Positions 35,179 through 44,400 of a stretch of DNA of 64,000 nucleotides are shown piece after piece. A model generated the notes under the pieces. The model saw only the letters and a program-made list of their open reading frames with translations, made no database searches and had not been told where the DNA came from. Source of the stretch: a virus; IMG/VR virus record IMGVR_UViG_3300045988_162434, positions 1-64,000 of that record; one strand, 5' to 3'. The translations under genes and the position numbers were made by a program. The stretch's first letter is position 1. The number at the start of each line of letters is the position of its first letter.

Positions 35179-35439
35179 CTATTGTTCATTATCAATTTTT
35201 ATTATTTCACATGCTTCATATAAAAGATAACTAGTAAATAACATAAATAAAGGAAAATCCAATGGCATAATAAAAAGAATATATAATAGAGTTGCTATCA
35301 TACCAAGATTATCATATTTGTGCATCATATCAAAATTTCTATTTCTACAATGTTCTGATGAAACAACAAAGCAAATAGAAACAAAAGCTCCTATGAAAAG
35401 CATCAGAAAAAAGTGTATTGATAAATACATATTATACAC
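35179..35439 (-). CDS. small membrane protein
   Basis: 86 aa with 2-3 hydrophobic helices. Confidence 0.3.
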   Translation of the reverse strand: MYNMYLSIHFFLMLFIGAFVSICFVVSSEHCRNRNFDMMHKYDNLGMIATLLYILFIMPLDFPLFMLFTSYLLYEACEIIKIDNEQ

Positions 35440-36048
35440 CTACCAATTCTGTTTAATTTTTACTATTGCATCACAACATCTTGTTGTATAAAACTGCGGC
35501 TGTTTAACAATTTTACCAGCTCGTGCGAATCCCTGAATAAACTTTCCGCACTTACTACAATAAGCTGTATATTTATATGCTTTATCTATGTCTTCTCCAA
35601 AGAACTCCTTTTGAGAGAAATGAACCTTGCCTGAACCACCAAGAGACAAGAAGATGTTCTTCCAAGTGTTATCATGTCCATGATTTTGCCCATCAAAAAG
35701 AAAAGCTAAGACATGCGCGAGTTCATGCTTGATGGTGTCCATGATTTCAGCATCGTTGTCGCTATCAAGCAAGACCGCCGCGAACTCAACCTTCTCTACC
35801 TTATTACTTAAATAGTTAACAGTTACTCGTCCAAAAGTATTCTTGAACCTGCTGTTAATAGAAATAGGAAGATCAACATCATATCCCTGTGAAACCATAA
35901 TCTTTTTACAAATATCTTTTACTTCAACTAAAGTTTTCATAGTCTTAATCCTCCCACCATCCAGAATAGTCAATAATACAAGGCGTACCATCCGATACTC
36001 GATATCCAATATTCTCATTATGTAAATCCATAGAGATACTTCTAGCAA
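35440..36048 (-). CDS. SprT-like zinc metalloprotease domain protein
   Basis: 202 aa. IKHELAHVLAFL...GHGHDNTWK matches the SprT/Spartan pattern HExxH...GH..W, with a C-terminal Zn ribbon CSKCGKF...CCD. Confidence 0.5.
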   Translation of the reverse strand: MLEVSLWIYIMRILDIEYRMVRLVLLTILDGGRIKTMKTLVEVKDICKKIMVSQGYDVDLPISINSRFKNTFGRVTVNYLSNKVEKVEFAAVLLDSDNDAEIMDTIKHELAHVLAFLFDGQNHGHDNTWKNIFLSLGGSGKVHFSQKEFFGEDIDKAYKYTAYCSKCGKFIQGFARAGKIVKQPQFYTTRCCDAIVKIKQNW

Positions 36049-36727
36049 TATCGGAATCGCTATCTAAAAAATCTAAAAAGCTAAATGTTCTATCTTCGCC
36101 ATAAGATTTAATTAAATCTAAGATAAAACGACTTGGAAAAAAATATTTTCCTTCAAGTCTATTCTTATATTTTTCAATATCTTTAGCAGTTTTTTCTTGA
36201 AAATTATCATCATAAGTATCATACTTGTTTCCATAAGTTTCGCATTTTTCCTGCACATAATGTAAATTATCAATTTCCTTAGTTTTAGCTAAGAAAATCT
36301 CATATCCATATCCCTCATCTATACACTCTTGATAAATGTCGGCTTCAATCTGACAGTAATTATCTAAAATATCTTCTTTCACATCTGGCAAATCTGGATT
36401 GTATGTAAGGTCATCGCCATTATTTGTATTATAATAAAAAGATGTATTGAAAGGAACCTTAACTACAACATCAAGGTCTGGATCAATAATAACCGCTTTT
36501 GAAACTCCATGTGTAACAATAGCTTCTTTATTGATGTCATATACTTCATTAGAGAAATCATCAAGTTCTCTTGAATTTTCGCCATCTTCCCAATAATATC
36601 CAAAATCATTTGGAACATCAATAGTTTTATAAATATTAAGTCTTTCTTCCTTTGATAGCATATTTATCAATTCCTTTCTTTTTTCATTTTCTATAATTAT
36701 TATAACAAAAAAACTATAAAAAAACAA
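35945..36727 (-). CDS. acidic hypothetical protein
   Basis: 260-aa ORF rich in Asp/Glu/Tyr; overlaps the previous ORF in another frame. Confidence 0.3.
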   Translation of the reverse strand: MFFYSFFVIIIIENEKRKELINMLSKEERLNIYKTIDVPNDFGYYWEDGENSRELDDFSNEVYDINKEAIVTHGVSKAVIIDPDLDVVVKVPFNTSFYYNTNNGDDLTYNPDLPDVKEDILDNYCQIEADIYQECIDEGYGYEIFLAKTKEIDNLHYVQEKCETYGNKYDTYDDNFQEKTAKDIEKYKNRLEGKYFFPSRFILDLIKSYGEDRTFSFLDFLDSDSDIARSISMDLHNENIGYRVSDGTPCIIDYSGWWED

Positions 36728-36776
36728 TATAAATAAACCAAAGCAGACTTTAACTCTGCTTTGGTTTATTTATATT

Positions 36777-37148
36777 TTACATACATCTGTTATTATGTAT
36801 GGCAAACATCCAGCTAAATTCTTTGATATCATCTGCACAATGAATTCCATTTGGACATATTTCATCAATGTTATCTTCATCCAAATTGATGCCATCAAAC
36901 TCATCATAAAATTCTTTTCTCCCATTATCATAAGATACATGATATTTAGGATATCTTACTTGTGCCATCAATCCAAGAATAAACTCATCTGCTTCTTTCT
37001 CGCCCAAAGCTGCTTCATCAGCAGCCTTTTTATTTTCCTTAATAAACCTCCATGCATCATAGCTACTTTCAGAACCTTCATATTTAATATCAAGCATATC
37101 GCATATCCATTTAATGCATTTTTTCTGTTTTTCAGACATTACTTTCAT
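36777..37148 (-). CDS. hypothetical protein
   Basis: 123-aa ORF. Confidence 0.3.
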   Translation of the reverse strand: MKVMSEKQKKCIKWICDMLDIKYEGSESSYDAWRFIKENKKAADEAALGEKEADEFILGLMAQVRYPKYHVSYDNGRKEFYDEFDGINLDEDNIDEICPNGIHCADDIKEFSWMFAIHNNRCM

Positions 37149-37211
37149 TTATTTCTCCTTTTTAAGGTATTTAATTAAAGCATAGCAAATAAAAGCTATG
37201 CTTTAATAATT

Positions 37212-37580
37212 TTAATGCCAATGTTTTGCATCTTTTGTTTTAATTAAATAAATTTGACCATCTGTGCCATCTGATTTCTCAATAATAGAATAATCTTTTA
37301 ATAGTTCTGTTTTTGCTTCATTATCAGTTAGAATAGATTCATTTACAGTATATGTTTGTATTTGATTAACATGAAAATAAATCAAAGAAGGAACTACCGA
37401 ACAAATAAAAACAATTCCAATACCAATAGTAGCTAACACCACTTCTTCATCACACGCACTTGCTATTACAAAAGAAATAAATAAAGCAAAAAGAATTGCT
37501 ATAACAACACATGCAAATACAATAATTCCATCATTAGCGCAATTAACTTTATCTGATAAAGCTAAAACATAATTACCCAT
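37212..37580 (-). CDS. membrane protein
   Basis: 122 aa with two transmembrane helices. Confidence 0.3.
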   Translation of the reverse strand: MGNYVLALSDKVNCANDGIIVFACVVIAILFALFISFVIASACDEEVVLATIGIGIVFICSVVPSLIYFHVNQIQTYTVNESILTDNEAKTELLKDYSIIEKSDGTDGQIYLIKTKDAKHWH

Positions 37581-37780
37581 TAGTAAACACCCCTCATTTC
37601 TCTTTTATTTATTTTTGCTAACTTCTGTGCGCGGTTGTCGGTTCTGCGAGGACGAGATCCAGGCTTAGGGTTATACTTATTGCAGGTCTGACAGGCTTTA
37701 TTAAACGTACCTTCTCTGCCTTTAAGACACTGTCCTTCGCATACATAATATGAACATACTCTTTCCCTATCCTTTGCCAT
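37580..37780 (-). CDS. Cys-rich small protein
   Basis: 66 aa with CSYYVCEGQC...CQTC. Confidence 0.3.
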   Translation of the reverse strand: MAKDRERVCSYYVCEGQCLKGREGTFNKACQTCNKYNPKPGSRPRRTDNRAQKLAKINKREMRGVY

Positions 37781-37784
37781 TTTT

Positions 37785-37997
37785 TTACTCCTCCTTTACA
37801 TAGATAGTAATTTTACTATTTTTAAGCATGCAGGCTTCACACTCTCTGTTATCGAGCCTAAAACCTACAAGCCAATATGGCATATCCCATACTTTACCTT
37901 CATAAAGAGTTTCTTCTTCTTCAGTTTTAGGATTCCACTCTATAATAGCAATTTCTTCATCAAAGTAAAAATTCTTAATAAATTTTCCAAGCTTCAT
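37785..37997 (-). CDS. hypothetical protein
   Basis: 70-aa ORF. Confidence 0.25.
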   Translation of the reverse strand: MKLGKFIKNFYFDEEIAIIEWNPKTEEEETLYEGKVWDMPYWLVGFRLDNRECEACMLKNSKITIYVKEE

Positions 37998-38148
37998 AGG
38001 CTATTCTCTCTTATAAATTCGCATCATGTCATACTCTTCTCCAACTGCTTTAGGCTCCTGCCACTGAGCGCCGCACTTAACGCACTTTACTGTATAGTGT
38101 TTATCTTTTGGATCACATGCAATAACACGATATTCTTTGTGTTTACAC

Positions 38149-38400
38149 TTAAATATTCCCATTTTGATGTTCTCCTTTCAATAAAATTCCATATGCTTCA
38201 GTTTCCATATCGCAGATTCCTTTTACATATCCAGCAATTTCATCATTATTTTCTGTGCTATCCCAACGATGAACTTTATTTCGGATCTGTCTAAAAGCTT
38301 CTGCTTGAAGAATAGTAGCAAAATCTATTGCGGGTTGCAGTAACTCATCATTTTGATTTTTTTTATCTGTAATATTAAACTTCTTATCCATAATATTCAT
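38149..38400 (-). CDS. hypothetical protein
   Basis: 83-aa ORF. Confidence 0.25.
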   Translation of the reverse strand: MNIMDKKFNITDKKNQNDELLQPAIDFATILQAEAFRQIRNKVHRWDSTENNDEIAGYVKGICDMETEAYGILLKGEHQNGNI

Positions 38401-38617
38401 AATATTGCACTTCCTTTCATGTTTTCTATATTTATTATATCAAAAATATTAAAGTTTTTCAAATTGATATTGCTATGACGACCACGACTTGACAAACAAA
38501 AATAAGTTTGTTATAATATTATTAGAAAATAAATAAAAATAAAACAAAAGCAGTTAATAAAAGGTTTGAAGAAGGACATGACGGATCGAATCTTTTCGGA
38601 TTGCGGAGGGAGATTAA

Positions 38618-38944
38618 ATGGATTATTTTAATAGATGTAATGATGAAGAGATGGGTGGGATCAGCTATTGTAGCTGTGATTTGACCTCAACCGGTCTTAC
38701 CACTAATCGAATATCGAATATTAAGTTTGGCGATTTAGCACTGGATAGAGGCAATATAACAATAGACAAATATGATACAGCAATAAATGACTTGTCTGAA
38801 CGATTAAAAAAGGTATCTGGTGATTATTATATTTTAACAGAAAAAATAAAAAACTTATTTAAACAAGAGAGAAGCAATGAATTAAGTGAGTGGCGGGAGT
38901 TTGACTTAGAGGCTGCTACAGGGAGAGAATTTGAGACACGATGA
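38618..38944 (+). CDS. hypothetical protein; first gene of the plus-strand island
   Basis: 108-aa ORF; an RBS GGAGGGAG precedes the ATG. Confidence 0.35.
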   Translation: MDYFNRCNDEEMGGISYCSCDLTSTGLTTNRISNIKFGDLALDRGNITIDKYDTAINDLSERLKKVSGDYYILTEKIKNLFKQERSNELSEWREFDLEAATGREFETR

Positions 38945-39144
38945 GTTGGGTTATTATTTTGATTTATATAGCGATAGCTATTGTTAGTTTGTATTTTGGA
39001 TTTCGTACGGGAGTTAAATTGATTGTCATGGCGATCCGCAAGAATCCAAATAAAATGTTGACAGCAATGGGAATAAGAGTAGTAAGGAGAGTTGAACATG
39101 AAGATACCACAAAGCGTGGCTCGCGCGATAATAAGAATACATGA
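38941..39144 (+). CDS. small membrane protein
   Basis: 67 aa with an N-terminal TM helix and basic tail; its start overlaps the upstream stop. Confidence 0.3.
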   Translation: MSWVIILIYIAIAIVSLYFGFRTGVKLIVMAIRKNPNKMLTAMGIRVVRRVEHEDTTKRGSRDNKNT

Positions 39145-39255
39145 TTTCATTATTTATAGAATTTGGACAAAATTCTAAACTATGTGTTGGGCAAAAGCCG
39201 ATAATTTGTTTGTAATTGTTTACAAATATAGTATAATGAAAGAGAAAGGAGGATT

Positions 39256-39423
39256 ATGGAATTGAATCTTCAAGAAACATGTCAGCGATTGAGGCTGAGT
39301 GAGTCGACTCTACGAGAGGCGTTTCCGCGCACTGTTAGAACTTTAGAAAAGCAAGGTATTAAATTGACTAAGGTTGGCAGAGGGCAAAATGCAGATTATA
39401 CTATTGAATATGTAAACAAGGAG
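39256..39423 (+). CDS. small HTH DNA-binding protein (Xis/MerR-like); below the ORF-track size cut-off
   Basis: Read by eye: 55 aa MELNLQETCQRLRLSESTLREAFPRTVRTLEKQGIKLTKVGRGQNADYTIEYVNKE. An AAGGAGG RBS lies 6 nt upstream. ...CQRLRLSESTLRE is a typical HTH. Confidence 0.4.
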
Positions 39424-39431
39424 TGATTTAA

Positions 39432-39614
39432 GTGCCAATAAGAACCAAATATAAAACCATTTATTCTTTAAGAGTAAGGATGCTTTTAAGGGATATGGGT
39501 TTTGAGCCTCTATTAGAGAAAGATAATATATATAGATCTGGATTGAAGTGCTGGATATATGAAGTTACAGATAATTTTAATAAAGCTCTTGATAAAATAT
39601 TAGGGGGTAATTAA
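39432..39614 (+). CDS. hypothetical protein
   Basis: 60-aa ORF. Confidence 0.25.
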   Translation: MPIRTKYKTIYSLRVRMLLRDMGFEPLLEKDNIYRSGLKCWIYEVTDNFNKALDKILGGN

Positions 39615-39615
39615 A

Positions 39616-39903
39616 ATGAAAGCTGTAACCACAGATAGACCAGTTAAGTATGAGCCGGGAGAATTTTTTCAAATTTCAAATAAAGGTTTGAAGGCAGCAG
39701 CTAGTCTTAATAATAATGGATTATTATTGTGGTTATATTTGTGTAAATTTAAGAATGGTACTAAGTGGAAGATAAGCCCGCAGGCTATTAGTAATGAACT
39801 GGGGATAACTTTAGATAAAGCTAAGAAGGTTTCAACTATTGGATACCAAGAATTAGTTGCAGCAAATTTTATTAGGGATGATGTGTTCTACGCGGACGGT
39901 TAA
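39616..39903 (+). CDS. hypothetical protein with a possible winged-helix motif, immediately upstream of the iteron array
   Basis: 95 aa containing ISNELGITLDKAKKVSTIGYQELV. Confidence 0.3.
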   Translation: MKAVTTDRPVKYEPGEFFQISNKGLKAAASLNNNGLLLWLYLCKFKNGTKWKISPQAISNELGITLDKAKKVSTIGYQELVAANFIRDDVFYADG

Positions 39904-39906
39904 ATA

Positions 39907-40066
39907 AAAGTGCTAAAATGGCACTTTTTAGATACAAGGAGTCTATTAAAAAGTGCTTAATCGGCACTTTTATATACAAGGAAAAGTGCTTATTAAGCAC
40001 TTTTTAATGAGCAGAAAGTGCTTAATTGGCACTTTTTTCTAAGGAAAAGTGCTTAATCGGCACTCT
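39907..40066. repeat. array of 5 palindromic 22-bp repeats AAAGTGCTTAATCGGCACTTTT (iteron/operator-like)
   Basis: Copies at 39907-39929, 39949-39971, 39983-40006, 40016-40039 and 40046-40066. Each is an inverted repeat (AAGTGC...GCACTT), spaced 30-42 bp. Confidence 0.75.
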
Positions 40067-40108
40067 AATATATAAATAGAGAATAAATACTAAATAAATA
40101 AATAGACG

Positions 40109-40266
40109 GTATAAATAATCTTTACGTAGTTCGCTTCGCTCACTACTCCAAGATTATTTATACCTTTAGGCGCGGCGTGGTGATGTAATGTTACAAAGGG
40201 GCCGGCGTAAAGAGATTAAAACCTTGAAATAATGAGCGAAGCGAATTATGGAATGGTTTTAATCTC
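40109..40266. repeat. nested inverted repeats (three interleaved IR pairs)
   Basis: IR-A GTATAAATAATCTT at 40109-40122 pairs with AAGATTATTTATAC at 40150-40163. IR-B TTCGCTTCGCTCA at 40130-40142 pairs with TGAGCGAAGCGAA at 40233-40245. IR-C GAGATTAAAACC at 40213-40224 pairs with GGTTTTAATCTC at 40255-40266. GC-rich islets lie between them. Confidence 0.7.
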
Positions 40267-40313
40267 GTTCCTATATTTAATAGGTTACTACTTTTTTAAC
40301 ATTTTTCTTAGAG

Positions 40314-41126
40314 TTGATTGCTCAATTAAGTTGGAGTAAAGGAGAAAAAAGAATGGATATTAGAAAGAATTATGCCTTTTGGTGTGATAAAGATGATGTA
40401 AAAGATGTGTGCAATAGAGTATATGATTTGTTAGATAAAGATGTCGTTGATGCAAAAAGTAATACTATGATAGTTTTTAAGAATAATGATTGTTGGTTCT
40501 TTTTAGATGTTGGTTTTAATTGTATGGATGGACTCTTTGATGTTAGTTTTGTTGAAGTTGGGTGTGAGAATAAAAAACAGCTTAGAATGATTAAGCGTAG
40601 TAATAAAAAATATCCTGTTGCACAAAAAGCTGTTTATAAGTTAGATTATAGTGATGATGATAAGCTGAAAAAAAGTATATTGATGCCTGAATATTTTGAG
40701 GAAATAAATAGAAAAGATATAGTAGGATATGGTGTAGTAAAGAGAGAATTAGCTGAAAGCTCAAATGTAAATAAATATCAAAGAAGTATATTAAGTAGAA
40801 ATATTGGTATAGGATGTATCAGTAAAGAAAATATGGATATAGTGAGAGAAGAGTTAGTTAATAGTTTAGATGTAGAATATTATTCAGAAGATGTTATTGT
40901 AACAACAGATGGATCTTTTATAAAAATTTTTCAATTAGGTAATGAGAATATTAGAGGGTATAGATTTGGAGAAGCATATATTGAAGAGGGGTATGATAAT
41001 ATGGATTTTATCATTGCTTGTGTAAGACCTAAGTTAATATATAATCCATATAATATTTATATATTAGATATTGATGATGTGGCGGAGAGTATTATGAGGC
41101 CGCAGCGGTTCAGTGGAAGATTTTAG
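40314..41126 (+). CDS. hypothetical protein
   Basis: 270-aa ORF; the likely true start is Met-14 (MDIRKNY), which follows the RBS GGAGTAAAGGAG. Confidence 0.35.
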   Translation: MIAQLSWSKGEKRMDIRKNYAFWCDKDDVKDVCNRVYDLLDKDVVDAKSNTMIVFKNNDCWFFLDVGFNCMDGLFDVSFVEVGCENKKQLRMIKRSNKKYPVAQKAVYKLDYSDDDKLKKSILMPEYFEEINRKDIVGYGVVKRELAESSNVNKYQRSILSRNIGIGCISKENMDIVREELVNSLDVEYYSEDVIVTTDGSFIKIFQLGNENIRGYRFGEAYIEEGYDNMDFIIACVRPKLIYNPYNIYILDIDDVAESIMRPQRFSGRF

Positions 41127-41189
41127 GGCTGGGTTAAAAGGGGTGCAGGGCAATGCCGCAGCTTCAGACATTAGTTTTGAAAAATGATC

Positions 41190-41219
41190 TGAAAATTCGA
41201 GGCTCTGCCTCGAGCTCCC
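41190..41219 (+). terminator. intrinsic terminator
   Basis: Hairpin CGAGGCTCTGCCTCG followed by CCCTTTTTGTT. Confidence 0.5.
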
Positions 41220-41269
41220 TTTTTGTTATATGTTTGGCTATTGTTTTATATTAGAGAGGAGAAATAGTT

Positions 41270-41590
41270 ATGTTTAATACAGAGATTGTTGCTAAGGATA
41301 TTGATGGTATAAAGATGCAGTTGAGGAAGGCATATGATGGTGATGTGCCGGCGGGTTTGGCTGTTTTTTATTGGTTAAAGAATAATGGTATAGGGATTAG
41401 AGATAGGAATGGTGAGATTGTTAGAGATGAGGATTTATATAGTTTTTGTATAAAATATGGTGCGAGTGTTGATAGGGCTATTGTTACAGCGAAATATGAA
41501 GGTGTTAGTAATGAAGCTGATAGGATGTTTAGAGAACAGGTAAGGAATTGGAGTTGGAATGAATATGCTAAGTTTGGTAATAATAAATAG
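41270..41590 (+). CDS. hypothetical protein
   Basis: 106-aa ORF; an RBS AGAGAGGAGAAA precedes the ATG. Confidence 0.35.
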   Translation: MFNTEIVAKDIDGIKMQLRKAYDGDVPAGLAVFYWLKNNGIGIRDRNGEIVRDEDLYSFCIKYGASVDRAIVTAKYEGVSNEADRMFREQVRNWSWNEYAKFGNNK

Positions 41591-41730
41591 CATAGCGTTT
41601 TGTGTCAAATAGTATAGTATCTTCGCTTATCTCTAGATAGCGTTGAATAGTATTTTGTGTTGAATGGCGCTGGATAGTGTTTTTATCTCTGGATAATGTC
41701 AGATAATGTCAGATAATGTTTTTATCTGGC
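41591..41730. repeat. cluster of short direct repeats
   Basis: GATAGCGTT occurs twice. GGATA(A/G)TG occurs several times. There is a tandem GATAATGTCA-GATAATGTCA-GATAATGT run, and TTTTTATCT(CT)GG occurs twice. Confidence 0.6.
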
Positions 41731-41823
41731 CGCACATACCCTGGATCATGTTCCCGTCACCGTTATCGTTTTAGTCTTTTTATTCTTCATTAAAGAGATT
41801 CCTAGACGAGAACCCGCGCAAAA

Positions 41824-41854
41824 AGTCCCTGTACACATTACATGTACAGGGACT
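41824..41854. terminator. bidirectional terminator between convergent genes
   Basis: Perfect 12-bp stem AGTCCCTGTACA-cattaca-TGTACAGGGACT with A/T-rich flanks. It separates plus-strand gene 41270-41590 from minus-strand gene 41867-42310. Confidence 0.6.
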
Positions 41855-41866
41855 AATTATTTTAGA

Positions 41867-42310
41867 CTAAAAGAGTCTGTAAAGATTAAACAAATCCGCC
41901 ATAGAATCCAGCTCTGGCTCTTTCTTTACCTTTACCTTAGGCTTACTCTCAGTCAAATCCATTGCCTTAATAAAAAGCTCGATAACCTTCATCTTATCAG
42001 TCAGGTCCTTTGTAATCTCATCTGCATCCTTCTCTGGAATGTCAATTCCAGTGATAGCTTCCACATAATCTAGCACATCAGCAATCAGATATTCTCTTAC
42101 TGCATCTACCTCTTCAGGATCAATCTTTCTCTTATTCTTGGCTGCGGCAACCGCATCGGCTTCCGCCTGTGCCATCTTGCTAATCTCCTCAACTGACTTG
42201 CCTTCTGCAATAAGTTCTGCTATTGTTTTACCCATAATCTTATAACCTCTTCTTTCTATTTCATTTTCTATATATATTATATAATAATTTTTCAGAAGTG
42301 TCAAAGGCAC
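41867..42310 (-). CDS. acidic hypothetical early protein
   Basis: 147-aa ORF. Confidence 0.3.
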   Translation of the reverse strand: MPLTLLKNYYIIYIENEIERRGYKIMGKTIAELIAEGKSVEEISKMAQAEADAVAAAKNKRKIDPEEVDAVREYLIADVLDYVEAITGIDIPEKDADEITKDLTDKMKVIELFIKAMDLTESKPKVKVKKEPELDSMADLFNLYRLF

Positions 42311-42674
42311 GAAAGCATATACCAGTAGTAAAACTGTAATTAGTTGTAGTTATGTCTTTTCTATTGTTGTGAGTATTTGTTCATTTTTATATGAGAATAA
42401 GAAAAAACGAAGCTAATTTGCCTCCCCTATATAATTATATCAAAAATACGAAAAAATGTCAAGAGAGATGCGCTGAGGCATTTATCAATAGAATCACTGT
42501 AATTCGATACAGTGAGTCATTTTTTATTCTGACGGATATTTTTACGTTTCAGATAGAAAACGAGCAAATTCACAACAAAAGTAAGTCAAACATCTAATTT
42601 CGGGATCCGTATGGCGGTTTTCAGATTTCAAACAACCAGGAAAAAAAGCCATATAGGGTCTGGTCGTGGGAACT

Positions 42675-42732
42675 CGGCGTTGCCCGGTGGTCAACGCCGC
42701 GACATTATACCACATTTTATGTGCTTTGTCAA
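42675..42732 (-). promoter_or_regulatory. sigma70 promoter (-35 TTGACA at 42727-42732, 17-bp spacer, extended -10 TGgTATAAT) with a GC hairpin at the transcription start site (TSS); cassette copy 1
   Basis: Reverse complement of plus-strand CATTATACCACA...TTTGTCAAG. The hairpin CGGCGTTG-cccggtggt-CAACGCCG at 42675-42699 begins about 5 nt after the -10. Confidence 0.6.
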
Positions 42733-42795
42733 GTAAAAAATAAAAAAAATAGAGGAAAATCCCTCATTCTTTAAGGAATTTTCCTCTAAAAACCT

Positions 42796-43188
42796 TTATT
42801 TCTTAGGTTTTCTCTGCTCAATTAAGTCGATTTTGAACTTGCGACCGTTGACTTCTAAAGAAATCAGCTTGTTTTCCTTAAGAATCTCAACCTTTTCGCC
42901 ATAAATACTTTGCAAATTGGTTAAAATATCATGAAAAACCGCCTTTTTTTCATCAGAGATTTTTACTGTCCTAGGCTTTGAATCCTTGCGCTTTTCCTGG
43001 GCGATTCCGTGGTCAACTCTCTGTCCTTTGGTTTTCTCTTCCAACTCGACAACCTCTTCCATTGTAAATCCTTCGGGACATTCTTCCAACTCTTCGCAAG
43101 GCTTATCCCACATTTCATGGCAAAGCATTTTCCCATTCTTACAGATAAGGTTTCCGCAATCTTCACACAACTTGATATTCATATTCAC
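42796..43188 (-). CDS. zinc-finger early protein
   Basis: 130 aa with CEDCGNLICKNGKMLCHEMWDKPCEELEECPEG. Confidence 0.3.
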   Translation of the reverse strand: MNMNIKLCEDCGNLICKNGKMLCHEMWDKPCEELEECPEGFTMEEVVELEEKTKGQRVDHGIAQEKRKDSKPRTVKISDEKKAVFHDILTNLQSIYGEKVEILKENKLISLEVNGRKFKIDLIEQRKPKK

Positions 43189-43296
43189 AACCCCTTTTCT
43201 TTTACTGTACTTATATTATATCACAAGAGGTTGAAAATGTCAACCTTTAATTGCGGTTTTCGGCGGGAGAACCCCACCGACCGCACATTGCTTTTA

Positions 43297-43695
43297 CTAA
43301 CCCTCAATACCCTCGGTATTAAGGGCGAAAGTCATTTTCTTACCATCTGGAATACGGCGAACAGGATATACCTTAGTAGCATCTCTGTTTTCATCCTTTG
43401 CTGGACCAGCAAGCTGAGTCATAAGTGCTACAATCTTGTTGAGTGAATACTCGCCATTAAAAGCGGTCATAATCTCTGTACAAGTCATAGGCTTAGAGTC
43501 CTCAAGTACATCAAGAATCTTCGCCTTGATTTCCTCGTTTGCGGTCTGATTCTTAGACGGCTTACGGTTAGCGTTCTTCTTCTCAAGGGTTGCAATCTCT
43601 CTTGCACAGAAGTCCTTGATGTCCTCGGACACACCCTCGATAGCCATAATCATTTCAAAATACTGCTTCTTTGTTGTCTTGTTTGTTGTTGTCAT
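43297..43695 (-). CDS. early protein of paralog family A
   Basis: 132 aa. Shares ANRKPSKNQTANEEIKAKIL...TCTEI...YSLNKIVALMTQL with 45853-46224. Confidence 0.35.
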   Translation of the reverse strand: MTTTNKTTKKQYFEMIMAIEGVSEDIKDFCAREIATLEKKNANRKPSKNQTANEEIKAKILDVLEDSKPMTCTEIMTAFNGEYSLNKIVALMTQLAGPAKDENRDATKVYPVRRIPDGKKMTFALNTEGIEG

Positions 43696-43980
43696 AAAAC
43701 ATACCCCTTTTCTTAATAAATTCTTAACTCTTTGTTACATATACATTATAACATATTTTATAAGGTTTGTCAAGCATTTTTTTATTATTTTCTTTTCGGT
43801 TTAGAACCTTTAATCTTCCTTGACCTTACATACTTATTATAACATATTTTTAAATGTTTGTCAATAGGTTTTTGAAAGTTTCAAAATTCGTTTTCCTCAC
43901 GACCGAGGTTGCTATTTTGTTTTCTTTCCTTACCTTGTAAATACATTATAACAAAATATTTATAGAAAATCAATATCGGA

Positions 43981-44029
43981 AAATTGCACAAAATTCGGGA
44001 TGCACAAGGTTAAAAAATTTGTGCAATTT
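43981..44029. repeat. operator-like inverted repeat AAATTGCACAAA...TTTGTGCAATTT flanking a CACAAAATTCGGGA core
   Basis: 12-bp perfect arms separated by 24 bp, immediately upstream of the plus-strand promoter -35 at 44035. Confidence 0.6.
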
Positions 44030-44034
44030 TCCTA

Positions 44035-44064
44035 TTGACAAATGCCAGAGCTATGTGGTATAAT
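44035..44064 (+). promoter_or_regulatory. plus-strand sigma70 promoter TTGACA-N17-TGgTATAAT (cassette copy 2)
   Basis: TTGACA at 44035-40 and TATAAT at 44059-64. The transcript would start at AGTTCGG and enter hairpin 44069-44093. Confidence 0.6.
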
Positions 44065-44068
44065 AGTT

Positions 44069-44093
44069 CGGCGAGCCCTGAGCGTGCTCGCCG
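44069..44093. ncRNA. GC-rich hairpin between convergent promoters (CGGCGAGC-cctgagcgt-GCTCGCCG)
   Basis: Homologous to hairpins at 42675, 45436, 47883 and 49562. Stems differ by compensatory changes. Confidence 0.5.
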
Positions 44094-44097
44094 CGAC

Positions 44098-44126
44098 ATT
44101 ATAGCATACTTTCTATTGTTTGTCAA
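44098..44126 (-). promoter_or_regulatory. minus-strand sigma70 promoter TTGACA-N17-TATAAT, convergent with the plus promoter at 44035
   Basis: Reverse complement of plus-strand ATTATA at 44098-44103 and TGTCAA at 44121-44126. Confidence 0.6.
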
Positions 44127-44135
44127 GTGTTTTAG

Positions 44136-44162
44136 ATAAAAAAAATAGGCATTTCTGCCTAT
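44136..44162 (-). terminator. intrinsic terminator of gene 44159-44350
   Basis: Hairpin AATAGGC-atttc-TGCCTATT preceded on the plus strand by an A8 run, which is a T-run on the minus strand. Confidence 0.55.
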
Positions 44163-44350
44163 TCTATATAAAAACAGTTTTCCATATTTCGGTATATCTT
44201 ATTAAGAATATTTGGATATTCGATGCCTTCACCGAGATAATCTTCTTCTATGTCTAACCTCTTAACTATTTTTTCTAAAACAAGATTAGCTTTTGTGAGA
44301 GTATCAATTTCTTCATTTGTTAAAATAAGTTCTTTTTTTATTTTTGCCAT
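44159..44350 (-). CDS. hypothetical small protein
   Basis: 63-aa ORF. Confidence 0.25.
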   Translation of the reverse strand: MAKIKKELILTNEEIDTLTKANLVLEKIVKRLDIEEDYLGEGIEYPNILNKIYRNMENCFYIE

Positions 44351-44400
44351 AACCTTTTTACCTCTCTTTCACTTTCTATACCTATTATATCACCGCTGAC

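Noticed and set aside
39907-40066. Possible CRISPR array (regularly spaced repeats)
   Set aside because: The repeats are 22-bp perfect dyads with only 8-20-bp spacers. There are five copies and no cas genes, and the spacers are not unique-sequence protospacer-like. This fits iterons or operators much better.
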